Of a stretch of DNA of 64,000 nt, positions 44,109 through 55,777 are shown in pieces. The notes beneath the pieces were generated by a model that made no database searches, was not told the origin of the DNA, and was given only the letters and a program-made list of their open reading frames with translations. The stretch lies in the NCBI GenBank assembly GCA_002269645.1, contig NIVC01001021.1, positions 186,001 to 250,000 of the forward strand. Reading direction: 5' to 3'. Numbering within the stretch: the stretch's first letter is position 1; each line of letters opens with the position of its first letter. The stretch is from Macrostomum lignano. Its lineage: Eukaryota. The translations under genes were made by a program, and so were the position numbers.

Positions 44109-44740
44109 TAGGGGTTGTAGCCCAGTAGGGTTGTAGCCCAGTAGGGTTGTAGCCTAGTAGGGGTTGTAGCCTAGTAGGGGTTGTAGCCTAGTAGGGGTTG
44201 TAGCCTAGTAGGGGTTGTAGCCTAGTAGGGGTTCTAGCCTAGTAGGGGTTCTAGCCTAGTAGGGGTTGTAGCCTAGTAGGGGTTCTAGCCTAGTAGGGGT
44301 TCTAGCCTAGTAGGGGTTCTAGCCTAGTAGGGGTTGTAGCCTAGTAGGGGTTGTAGCCTAGTAGGGGTTCTAGCCTAGTAGGGGTTGTAGCCTAGTAGGG
44401 GTTCTAGCCTAGTAGGGGTTGTAGCCTAGTAGGGGTTCTAGCCTAGTAGGGGTTGTAGCCTAGTAGGGGTTCTAGCCTAGTAGGGGTTCTAGCCTAGTAG
44501 GGGTTCTAGCCTAGTAGGGGTTGTAGCCTAGTAGGGGTTGTAGCCTAGTAGGGGTTGTAGCCTAGTAGGGGTTGTAGCCTAGTAGGGGTTGTAGCCTAAG
44601 GGATTGTAGCCTAGTAGGGGTTGTAGCCTAGTAGATAGGGTTGTAGCCTAGTAGATAGGGTTGTAGCCTAGTAGGGATTGTAGCCTAGTAGGGATTGTAG
44701 CCTAGTAGGGGTTGTAGCCTAGTAGGGGTTGTAGCCTAGT
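44109..44740 (+). repeat. 17-bp minisatellite (aggggttgtagcctagt), ~37 copies, equal to the first 17 nt of the adjacent SINE
   Basis: The unit matches the head of the copy at 47516-47792 (ggggttgcagcctagtggt) and runs directly into the SINE at 44741. Confidence 0.93.
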
Positions 44741-45025
44741 AGAGGTTTTAGTATAGTGGTTAAAGCGTCGGATTCACAACTTGAAGGTCGGGGTTCGATT
44801 ATCGACCCCACTGGAACAATTTGTGTCCTTGAGCAAGACACTTAACTCTGCATTGCTTCAGTTCACCCAGCTGTAAAATGGGTGCCAGCATTAGCTGGGG
44901 TGATTGAGGGTGTGTGGCGACCCCCAGTCCTTGGACTGAACAGCCGCACGCAGCCTTCAGATGCGCGGCTCAATAGCTGCGGCTGAGCTGTCGGTTGCAC
45001 ATCTGCCCAAATGGGGCAGGTGTAA
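44741..45025 (+). mobile_element. Full-length tRNA-derived CORE-SINE
   Basis: A-box-like tagtatagtgg, B-box ggttcgatt, CORE-like ttgtgtccttgagcaagacacttaactc...ctgtaaaatggg (resembles the MIR/CORE domain), AT-rich tail. Confidence 0.85.
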
Positions 45026-45649
45026 TCAATTATTATTTTAATTACTACTTGATACAAGCTGCTGCAATAATAAGAAACTGCAAAATACTGAAAAATAAAA
45101 GGCTTTTTTAAGCGGTTGCGTCTTCAATTTATGCAAGTTAAATTATGCTGAATATATATAGTTGTATTTCAACATCGAGGTTTTAACAAGCTGTAAGCAG
45201 TAATCAAAGGCGTTAAAGAAACTTTTTAACTCTATAATTCTAAGTAGATAACGATTGCCTATTGAAAATATATACAATACGTCGACGCACAAGAATCTGT
45301 AATGCTTTATGCTATTATAAAATGTTTTCCATTTATTGACAATGCTATGCAGCACAGTTATTAGTACAACTTATAACTTATACGTAATAGTAGAGACCTT
45401 ATAGTAGAAAATTTATGCAAGTGCGGTAGCCGAAGAACACCTGCCAATAATTATAACAAATAGCAGCAGGGAACAGTTTAACAAATAAATAAATCGATTG
45501 TGTCGTTTTAGCAAAGGGACAAAAGTTAAACAGAAATACTCGTAACTTGTTAATTGTTGATGTCCACATACTCGTAAAGGTACACTTTCACTCGAACCAA
45601 CTACCAGCGTAAATATCTTGGGGTCGATGATGAAATTCTATTATTAATA

Positions 45650-48545
45650 TTACAGTTGATACGATTGAATTCTTTCGAGAAAGTGAAGAAAAGTGCAAAT
45701 CTCTGCGTATCTAAACAGACGGCGAGGGAATATTCGATCTGCATCCTTGAAGTTTAAGTGCTTGCAGAGGTGCTCCATCTCTGAATCTCCATTTGGAAAA
45801 CATCCCGGCCCTAGTCTAGCCTCTGCTGAAGCCAAAAATTGTCGGAAAGATGCTATTAATTCAAATTCTACAATAGAATTTTCAACAGCGACCCCTAAAG
45901 CTTCGATTAACAAGCGAATACATTTGTAGTAATGTAGAGACAGATGGGTGTCAGTATTTTCGTGTCTAATCAGGGCAAATACGAACACCAAAATTATATT
46001 TGTCTGGTAAAAGCTGCTGTTCGGCGGCATCTGTTGTCGCCAGTACCAGTGAAAAGTTCTCCAACTCGCAGAGAAGCTTGTCGTCTTTGTCGTCGCCACC
46101 ACCAGGTCCGTCTCGATGCTGCTCAAACACGTGAACGTCGCGGACCACCTGCCGGACGTGCAAAAAACTTGTCGTCTCCGTCGTCCACTCGTTGCAGCTA
46201 CGCCTCAGATGCTCGTTGAGACTCGTCGAGAACCAGTAGAAGTCGTTGCAGTCCTTGCCCAGGTCTGCCGCCTCCGTCGCCATGACCGTCTGAGCTGCTT
46301 TCGCCTCGGATTTGGTGCGCAGAGACAGCAGTACCGAGTACACCAGTTGCGGCTGATCGGCCTCGTCGTCAACCGGTTGCAATGGAGACAGACGAACCAT
46401 GAGACGCTCGCCTTCAATTTTCAGAACGCTGTCGGCTTGCCAGATGTGCCAGACGCTGAGGCGCTGGCGACCGTTGCCAAGCCTGAAGAGATAATTCGCC
46501 ACGTTGTTGCCAGGAAAGCCATCGCACCGCTGTAGTTCCGCTCTTTCGCAGCTGGCGCCGAATTCCTGTTGTAGACGGTTCAGAAATTCTATACTGCTAC
46601 TGAATACAAGCAACAAATAACTATCAGTTGAAAGCATAAATCAAAATGAAACTTAGTGGAGAAATATCCCGCCAGCCGTCGACGACCCATGAAGCGTCCC
46701 CACCAAACCACGGATCAACCGTGGTTCCTGCAACAAAAGGGTTTTCAAACTTTGCCATGGCAAAGTGTAGACAATTATTGGTTTTTAGGTTCGTTTTGAA
46801 CCTAGAGGTTTGATTTGCATTAATCGAACACCAATAAATCGAAAGATGGTCCGACTATTTGATGACGACTAAGCAAATCAGACCGCCAACTGCCAAACTG
46901 CCATGGCACACCTATAGTAGTCCCCTTTTATTGGTCTGGTAGCCCAAAAGTTTTTAGATTTCAGCCATCAATTTTAGCTTCAAACCTGGCTTAGATATCC
47001 TTAACTATTTCAATTTTATGAACTTTCGAAGTTTGAAATTTGAAAAGCTCTAGACTGAGTGCGCATGGCTCAATAGAGGTTTTGGCGCAATAGAGTTTTG
47101 GCGGTCAGCACTCAATTTAAGCTGTCAGATGAGTGCAGTGCGAGGTTTCATACTCGTCTTTTATTATGTGATCATCCGTGACAGCTCGGATGTAAGCGTT
47201 ATTGTAAGCGTTCAGTGTTTTATATGCTCCATAGTCTGGAGGATAAATATTGTGATCAAGGTGAAAGGACGGTGGTGGCGCAGCTGGTGCGCGCCTAGGC
47301 CGGTAAGACGATCACCCTGAAATCGATCGGGGTGGGGTTGGGTTTTTTATTAAATACTAGCGAATCTTTAGAATGGTGGTGTAGCATTCGCGTTACCTAA
47401 ATTTATAATACGTAAATGTGTTGCATCTAACATATAGAAAAGTATCTTTAGGTTTTAAAAAGTTAACATGACTTACATGGGGGTTTAAATATGCAATAAA
47501 TAAAAAAATAATTGATTACACCTGCCCCATTTAGGCAGATGTGCAACAGACAGCTCAACCGAGCTCAGTCCAGCTCAGTCCAAGGACTGGGAGGTCGCCA
47601 CACACACCCTCAATTACCCCAGCTAATGCTGGCACCCATTTTACAGCTGAGTGATCTGGGGGAAAGGATGGGGATCGGGATGGGGATAAGTGTCCTGCTC
47701 AAGGACACAAATTGTTCCAGTGGGATAAGGAATCGAACCCACGACCTTCCAGTCGTGCGTCCGACGCTCTCACCACTAGGCTGCAACCCCCTACAAACCA
47801 ACAAAGGAAGAAACGCTACAAAGCAAGCAAGATTTGTTCAAGCAAATTAAAAGGCCTAACTAAGCATTGATGACGTCTGTATGCTCTGAAAATCTGCTCA
47901 AATTCTACGACCATCAACAGCGCTTGAGTTCAACGTCGCCTCACTCTAACCTTGATCTAACCATCCCCTCTGAGAATCTCAAGATTTGGCGGCTCAGACC
48001 ACTCAGTGCGTGTTCAATGATCATAGGCAGAAGGTGACCGGAGATGCGAAAGTAACCTTGATGCAACATGCTTCAACATGTGACATTTCAAACCTTAAAC
48101 AAATTTAATTTAGATATTTTCCTATAAGTGTTCACGAGAGAATTTGCAATAATAATCAACATCAGACTCAACTGTTTGAAATAAGCCATATAAATTGCTT
48201 TGGACCTGATGTCGTAATTTACCTAAATTGACCAAATATTATCCAGACAGTTAAAATAGTGTCCAACTTACCCAGAATTTGTAGCATTGTCACTTGGAGA
48301 AGACAAACTCTGGTACAAGCTTTGCTGTGCAAGAATTTACCGCCTATTTATACTGTTCCTATCTTTAGAGTGGTTGCATCGCAGAAAATTCTAGAATAAA
48401 ATAACTGACGAAATTTCCAGGAAATTTCATGCATCGTCAAGGCCAGACGAAAGTATTTAAACGAACATTGCTCCTGAAGCACGCCCTGCTGCCGTGAAGA
48501 TAAGTGTACACCGCCCACTGCGTACACTTTTACACTCTTATTCAT
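45650..48545 (-). CDS. Unidentified protein, 4 putative exons, ~353 aa
   Basis: complement(join(45650-45900, 45989-46588, 46653-46727, 48410-48545)). All three introns are GT-AG and phase 1; the total of 1062 nt is an open frame from ATG to TAA. Non-repetitive, globular-looking sequence (..DPWFGGDASWVVDGWRDISPL..LFRLGNGRQRLSVWHIWQ..). Two donors are weak and exon 1 is tentative. Confidence 0.55.
47516..47792 (-). mobile_element. CORE-SINE copy with intact tRNA head
   Basis: Minus strand ggggttgcagcctagtggtgagagcgtcgg...ggttcgattcc (A and B boxes); the CORE is interrupted by a short gatgggg-type tract. Confidence 0.85.
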
Positions 48546-48716
48546 CTAATGTACATAGGGTTGTCGTGCACTCTATATCGGTTGCGGTATGAAGTTTCTT
48601 TGCACTGGAAATGCTCAAAGCTGTAACTACAACATAGATAAAGCTCGTATGAGTTTTATGTAAAAAGAATTTTACAGTCCGTAGACAAATCTTTGATAAA
48701 AAGCGATTAAAATATA

Positions 48717-48995
48717 CTCAGCAACATTGAAAAGTCGCCACCCTTTGCCCCAGTGAGCAGTGTCTTTCGACCAGTGTCTATCACCTGGCCAACGACTTTG
48801 ATGTTAAATAATGCTTGAAAAAACAATGAAAGCCGGGCATGAGCTTCAATCCATCCAATATTCGCCCTCCGCTCTTCCCAATTCCTCCTCACCCAGCCCA
48901 ACTTTGCGTGGCGCAAGTTGCGTCACTCAAAAGTCAATAATGAGCTGAAATTTCCAGCGCACTCTCAAAGGTGGCGACTTTTTGATGTTGTTGAG
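48717..48995. mobile_element. MITE with ~33-bp TIRs and TA target duplication (Tc1/mariner-type)
   Basis: Left ctcagcaacattgaaaagtcgccaccctttg versus right caaaggtggcgactttttgatgttgttgag; TA on both sides. Confidence 0.75.
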
Positions 48996-49129
48996 TATAA
49001 TATTTATTGTGCGCCTTATTCAAAGTAACTAACAAACTAAAATACTTCTTAATCTGTTGGTACAAATCTAAGTCTTCGTTGACGAAACAGGAATCCGGAA
49101 TAAGGTGACAGTTAAGGGCCAGGATCAGA

Positions 49130-49845
49130 ATGGAGGTATGGGGATCAGCGTAGGAATCAGAATGGGAATCAGGATGGGGACCAGGATGGAGATCAGGATT
49201 TGGATCAGAATTGGATCAGGATTGGATCAGGATGGAGATCAGGATAGGATTCAGGATGGAGATCAGGATGGGGATCAGGATGGGGATCAGGATGGGGATC
49301 AGGATGGGGATCAGGATGGGGATCAGGGTGGGGATCAGGATGGGGATCAGGATGGGGATCAGGATGGGGATCAGGATGGCGATCAGGATGGAGATCAGGA
49401 TGGAGATCAGGATGGCGATCAGGATGGAGATCAGGATGGGGATCAGGATGGGGATCAGGATGGAGATCGAGATCGAGATCGAGATGGGGATCAGGATGGA
49501 GATCAGGATGGGGATCAGGATGGGGATCAGGATGGGGATCAGGATGGGGATCAGGATGGGGATCAGGATGGGGATCAGGATGGGGATCAGGATGGGGATC
49601 AGGATGGGGATCCGGATGGGGATCCGGATGGGGATCAGGATGGGGATCAGGATGGGGACCAGGATGGAGATCAGGATGGGGATCAGGATGGGGATCAGGA
49701 TGGGGATCAGGATGGGGACCAGGATTGGGATCAGGGTGAAGATCCGGATGGGGATAAGGATGGGGATACGGTGAGGATCAGGATGGGAATAAGGATCAGG
49801 ATCAGGATGGGGATCACGATTTGGATCAGGGTTAAGATCAGGATC
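49130..49845. repeat. 12-bp minisatellite (gatcaggatggg)
   Basis: Source of the DGDQ/IRMG ORFs. Confidence 0.96.
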
Positions 49846-50201
49846 CCATTCCCTTACAGGCTTCTTGAGCGGCTTCTTGGGCCATGCAAGATAGACCGAT
49901 AGCCCTGTCATTTGCGTGAATTAGGGAAATCAAACAACTGCATAGACAATGGGTTATAATCTTATGAAAAAAGGTGCAAAGTCATACCCTGCCAGATTTT
50001 TTTTGAAAATAAATCACTCCGTAAGCTAGCTGCTGACTCTTGGGAGAAAAGTCAGGTGCAATATGAAAGCTAGCTATCACGCTCAACCTCCTCAAAGAAC
50101 CCAGCAGCAGCTTTACCTGTCATTACTTTCGATGGGTAAATATGCAAAAGAGTCTCTAGTAAACAAAACTGCTCCAACTTTCTCTATTTAAGTGTGAGAA
50201 C

Positions 50202-50263
50202 CAAGGACTTCTAGAATAGAAGTCTAGTCTAGAAGTCTAGACTAGTTAGTCTAGAAGTCCTTG
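50202..50263. mobile_element. 62-bp hAT-like MITE with 8-bp TSD
   Basis: 14-bp perfect TIR caaggacttctaga/tctagaagtccttg; direct repeat gtgagaac at 50194-50201 and 50264-50271. Confidence 0.7.
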
Positions 50264-50621
50264 GTGAGAACACCTATTGTCGTGCTTTCCACCAGTGAAG
50301 TTTCAACAGTCAATTTTATCGTTAAAAACGTCTTTCATTGTATTCTTCTGAAAGAACCACTGTAGTATACAAGGAGGTAAAACTCATGCAAAGATTGCGT
50401 AATTTTTATAGGTAACGATGTAGGCTACTTTAATAGAGAGTGATACTGCTTGAGTGAGAAATTAATTACGTCATAACTGCCTCTTGTGTGACATTTTACT
50501 CCGCAATGCTCTGCGCATTTTCGGCGATGTTCTGCGAAGGTTTTGAGAATGCTTAGAGTACTCATAAATTATATCTGTGGCAAGTGCTGTTGGCTCAAGT
50601 TCATTCGTAGAAATTCTGAGT

Positions 50622-50960
50622 TATCAAGGCTCATGGGGTATTGCTGAGCTATCAAGGCTCATTGGGTATTGCTGATATGTCAAGGCTCATTGGGTATTGC
50701 TAAGCTGTCAAGGCTCATTGGGTATTGCTGATATGTCAAGGCTCATGGGGTATGGGGTATTGCTGATATGTCAAGGCTCATGGGGTATTGCTGATATGTC
50801 AAGGCTCATGGGGTATTGCTGATATGTCAAGGCTCATGGGGTATTGCTGATATGTCAAGGCTCATGGAGTATTGCTGATATGTCAAGGCTCATAGGGTAT
50901 TTCTGAGATGTCAAGGCTTATGGGGTATTGCTGATATGTCAAGGCTCATAGGGTATTGCT
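50622..50960. repeat. 28-bp minisatellite (gtcaaggctcatggggtattgctgatat)
   Basis: About 11-12 copies. Confidence 0.93.
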
Positions 50961-51569
50961 TGAATACTATGATATACAAGGGGAATTGCTGAGATGTCAA
51001 TGTTAATGTGGGCAATCGCTCAGATGCCAAAGGTCAATTGGGAGTTTTTGGTAGGCCAGGTATCAAAGGGAGAGTTAGGGCTAAGCCATGGTTTAAAAGG
51101 GAGGCTTTGATGCCAAAGTTTAAAAGGGATGCTGATATCTTAGGCTAGATCAGAACTTATGCATTTTGCTTCAAACATAAACTTCCTTGGGAGACTAACA
51201 ATGGCTGCTGTACAAAGTCAAATGCTAGACATGTAGTTTATTCAATTTTTATTCTTTATTTGCTGCCTCCCTCCCCAACGAGGGGTAGGATTGCTAGTCT
51301 TATCCTAAACCATCCACCGTACTGGGACACATGTGCAATATGAATATGCAGGATGCAGAGTCCCTGATCGGATGCAGGCTTGTGGAGAGTTACCCTATTC
51401 TAACAAAGATGTCAAAGCAATATCAAATTTCGCGTGTCTATCAAGGAGTATACTCCGATTTGTCACGACTGGGAGCCAATAAAGACTCCTCTGCTATCTT
51501 TATAACTCTGCTCGATCAAGCCAACTTTAGCTTCGTTGTCACAATAATTTTTTAAACATTCCGGCAGCC

Positions 51570-53986
51570 ATGACTCGCCTTGCCTGCTTCGTATTTGTGA
51601 CAGCTTTGACGCTCCTCGGTGTGTCCCAGTGCCAGTCTGAAGACAGCTGCACGAATGGTACAGCAGGCAATAGGCTTCGCTTTGAACCGGTTCAATCACC
51701 AAGGTTTTGTCTGAGCGACAATAGGTCGTATTTTAACATTGAGTCCGTAGGGCACTGCGTGATGCTGTGCTCTCGTAGAGTGAATTGCAAGTCGTTTAGT
51801 TTCTCTGATAGACATCGGCTTTGCCTTTTGTCTAATTATACTGACTGTGTTCTGAAGAATGGCTCCACTCTGTACCGAAAAGTTATACCTGGTAAGACTG
51901 TTATGCATTCAATAATCCAGCTTGATATGATATTTTACTATGTTATGATATTTTACTATAGGTTTATTGGCAAAATTATGGTCGATTAATTTATCGTATT
52001 TAACAATATTGTGGAGGACACAAATCTGTGTGACTGATGACCAAGTTTTGTGAATCAGGGAGGAGTGAACGATGACAATCAAGGAGCGATGAGAATAATG
52101 CAATAGATGTGATCAGAATGGGGATCAGGAGGAAGATCAGGATGGGGATCGGGATGGGGATGAGGATGGGGATCAGGATGGGGATCAGGATCAGGATGAG
52201 GATCAGGATGGAGATCAGGATAAGTATCAGGATGGGGATCAGGATGGATGAGGATCAGGAGAGGGATCAGGATAAGTATCAGGATGGGGATCAGGATTTG
52301 GATCAGGGTGAGGATCAGGATGGGGATCAGTATGGAGATCAGCTAGAATAGGTGATGGGATCAGGATGAGAATCAGAGAGGGATCAGGATGGGGATAAGG
52401 GTGAAGATCAGAATTGGATCAGGATGGGGATCAGGATTTGGATCAGGGTGAAGATCAGAATTGGATCAGGATGGGGATCAGGATGGGGATCGAGATTTTA
52501 GTCACAAACCCCTTGTTTGTATAGGGTGTCCAGACGTGCTCAAAACCATCCCTTACGGTAGTTTTTATAGCAAAGTCAGATTCAGATTCGTCCCCGACTA
52601 TCTGGCGTCATGTACCTGAGGCTAAAAATAGATATGACGCATGGGGAAATGAAGCAAACTGAGTATTTGGAGAAGGTTGGACGCATTCAGGTCAGCATGA
52701 AGTGAGTCAGGGGGCGAGAGTCTGGCATTGGAAATTAGGAGCGAATGTAAATTAATTGTCGGAAAACAATAAATTACGCCTGAGGTGGGTGCCGGAAATG
52801 AAGATTTGGAGGGGCATGAGGTGGGGCAGAATCGCGCGGGACGTGCGTGGGACTCCACGTGTGCCATTCAGTGAAAACAGAGAGGATGTTGCGCAAGTAT
52901 TCAAGTGGGCGAAGGGCGTAAGCCTTGATATCTCAGCTTCCCCTCAGAGCTTAAACTCGAATCGAAAAAATGAAATATGGCCTTTCTGCGCCCAGACTGT
53001 GGTTACAACAATACAAAAAAGATAGTTGCTCGTCGTCTTCATTGACGTTTCAATTTCCCGAAAAACCAAAGGCCGCACTCTCTGCCAAGTGTCAATCGAT
53101 GGACGAAACTATGTACTGGCGCAGCGCAGGGCGAGTGGCAGTCTCAGCTTTGCTAGGAATTGGACTGCGTACGAGACGGGCTTCGGCAACTGCAGTTCAG
53201 ACTACTGGATTGGTAAGAGTCAAGACAAGGACAGCTACCACGACATTTTGAAATACTAGCTAATACTTGTACAGGCAACCAAGATGCAATAAGACAGGCA
53301 CAAAGACAGACCACCATGACGGAAAGTACAGCTAAAGACGGAAATAACTAATAAACTGACTTTCTGCATTGACTTTTAACAAAAAATCTGTTCATTGGAT
53401 CTTGTGTGTAGGATTTGTGGTTGGTAGCAAATTGCGATACAAATTTTATCAGTATTGAACAACGTACAGAAAATACGAGCGACATACAAAAGAACCGAAA
53501 AATCCGAAAAAGCATCGGTGGTACTGGAAAACCAGGACAATGCAGTTGATATGCAACAATCCTTCACATTACCTTTCAGGCCTGTCAGCTCTGCACTCGC
53601 TAACTTATTCACATGGAAAGAATCTCAGAATTGAAATAAGCGAAACTGTGAAGCACGTGCTGATTTATTCCGACTTCTCAATTTCGTCCCCTACCAAACG
53701 GTACGCTCTGAACTACACCGCTATGCTACTGAACAATGGATCAACTGTCGATCTATTGGCTTCGGTAAAAGGCTTTCCATTTTCAACGTACGACAGAGAC
53801 AGTTCGAACGATGCCTGCTCATCCAGTCAGCTTGGCAATGTCGGCTGGTGGATTGGCAACTGCGACACGCTGTTGCTGTTTCTCAACGGCGACCCGACTG
53901 TTAGCGACATCTGGGAGAAGCTTTGGATTAAACTGGACTCTGGCTGGCTCTATCCGACTGCCGCTCAGATGTTCATTGAAGTGTAA
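51570..53986 (+). CDS. Secreted PAN/apple + fibrinogen-related domain (FReD) protein, 3 exons, ~289 aa
   Basis: join(51570-51891, 53072-53212, 53580-53986). Signal peptide MTRLACFVFVTALTLLGVSQC; apple motif HCVMLCSRRVNCKSFSF...CLL; FReD motifs VLAQRR.SGSLSF.RNW.AYETGFG...DYWIGL..LHSLT, LRIE, FSTYDRD, GWW..NC. The exon-2 acceptor (AAG at 53069-53071) was inferred from phase. Confidence 0.85.
52108..52495. repeat. Degenerate gatcaggatggg 12-mer array (same family as 49130-49845)
   Basis: Lies in intron 1 of the PAN-FReD gene. Confidence 0.9.
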
Positions 53987-54769
53987 CGACAAATACGAGA
54001 GCTTCATGCACTGTGCATGTAAAAAGATTAAGCCACGAAGTTTAAACTACGTTACTCAAGGCGTATAAACACCACAATGTCTGCAATGTAATAAACTTTA
54101 CATGTTGCAGTACCAAACTCTTACCCCTCGGTCATATTTGTCACAATAGGGTGGTTCAAAACGATTTTTGGGACTCGGTCCTTGATGTTAAAAAAGAAGC
54201 AGATTTCCGGGAAATTGTTTGACTCTAACATTAAAGTCGTTTTTTTCACGCAGAAAAGACTTACCGATTCATCAGCAGACTGAAATCTCGTTTCCCAAGG
54301 CCATGCACCTGTCGTTGAGGGTTTCGTGTGTCAATTTATTTGCTCTGTGGACTTAATGCCAAAAAACTATAAGGACCATTGAAGTTAAGAACTCTGCTGT
54401 TCAGTACCACGCGTTACAGTATGATACGCTATAATAAAGAGCTACTTGTACTGTTCCAAGTCAATTGACTCGTTTTAAATTTACCATATTTAAGAGGCCT
54501 GTATGCGCATTAATGCTCTCAAGCTAAACCTAAATATACAATTGGCTAGGAACCGCGCAAACCAACAACTTCATGCAGGTGTTTTAGGATTGGAGGCACA
54601 CTCTGGATTTTTGCTCTGAGAGGCTGCATTCCTCTATTCGAATTCATGTACGCCCCTTTGACTTGCCCTCTGGACTAACTCTTCAAAACTGAAAAATACC
54701 ATACATGTATGCTTGAATAAATTCTAATATTTCGCTTCTTTTTAACCCAAATGGGTAAAATATTTTGCT

Positions 54770-54890
54770 CGTCCATTCTTTCGTTTCTTTAGCAGAGCCG
54801 CCACAACATATAGCTCTGATCTGCTTCAGGCGTTCACATAGGCCATTTGTCTGGGCGTGATAGGCTAGGGAGAGGTGGCTAAAACCCCCG
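54770..54890 (-). mobile_element. LTR retrotransposon (Gypsy-like) integrase fragment
   Basis: HLSLAYHAQTNGLCERLKQ resembles the integrase motif YHPQTNG..ER; short and isolated. Confidence 0.55.
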
Positions 54891-55777
54891 ACTGCAGGCA
54901 ATCCCACGCGGCTGTCCTTCCCCCGCCCTCCGCAAGGCTTGGACTCAACCGCAGGGACAGTAGAGCGGTGACCATGGCCCTCTGGGGTCATAGCTGTTTT
55001 GCCAGGCATCGATCTCTGCCTTTACTCAGGACATTATATATTGTATTATATACATTATATATCATATCAAACTATCATTATATAATGATAGTTTTTGCAA
55101 TCAAAATTCCAAATATAGTTTCGCCTGATTACCAACGCATTCCGAAACTGCATGCCAAAAAAGTTTTTTTTATCAAAATGAGTCACAAGAAAACCAAAGT
55201 CTTTGCTAAAAAGACTACTGAAGCTTTAAAAGAAGTTTTATATTAAGATTAAAAAAGTTTTTTATTTGTTTAAGTAGACCCCTAATAACTTTGTGTCTTG
55301 CTAATAAATTCAATTTGCTATACTGCTGCAAAAGATCGTGCGCACCTTTTCAAGTTATGAAAAATAGAGGCAGAGAACTTTCAAGTTCCTCGAAATCAAA
55401 CAACTTTGCTCACAAATCGAGGAGCGAGACTGGGGTGTAGTAGTGACCAGAGAGGTATAGATGAAATTTGCACGTATTCTACATGTTTTAAACATCTAAA
55501 ATAATTTTATTATGTATATGCACATGCATATATAACTAGCTAGGTAACTAGACCAGTGCGGCAGTACGGCAGTGCCGGCTGCCCTAGGCCCTAGCCTAGC
55601 GAGGCGGTGCCGCGGCGCACACCTAGTGCGTTTCAGACTTTCAGGTCGGACAAGAATAAGGAATAGCTAAGAGCCAAGGATTTTTTAGGCGCCTGATCGC
55701 ATAACATTGGGATTTTGAGTTAAATACATCTGCCAAACTATGTAACAGCGGACCTATAATATGCTGTTCGATTATTT

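Noticed and set aside
44741-44815. Possible tRNA gene
   Set aside because: The tRNA-like head continues into CORE and tail sequence shared with other dispersed copies, so it is a SINE; no complete acceptor stem.
49105-49911. DGDQ / IRMG repeat ORFs
   Set aside because: A 12-bp minisatellite that also recurs in an intron at 52.1-52.5 kb.
52996-53046. Alternative exon-2 start for the PAN-FReD gene (cccag|ACTGT giving DCGYNN...)
   Set aside because: Runs into TGA after 16 codons; the acceptor at 53071 keeps the frame open. It remains possible if there is an assembly indel.
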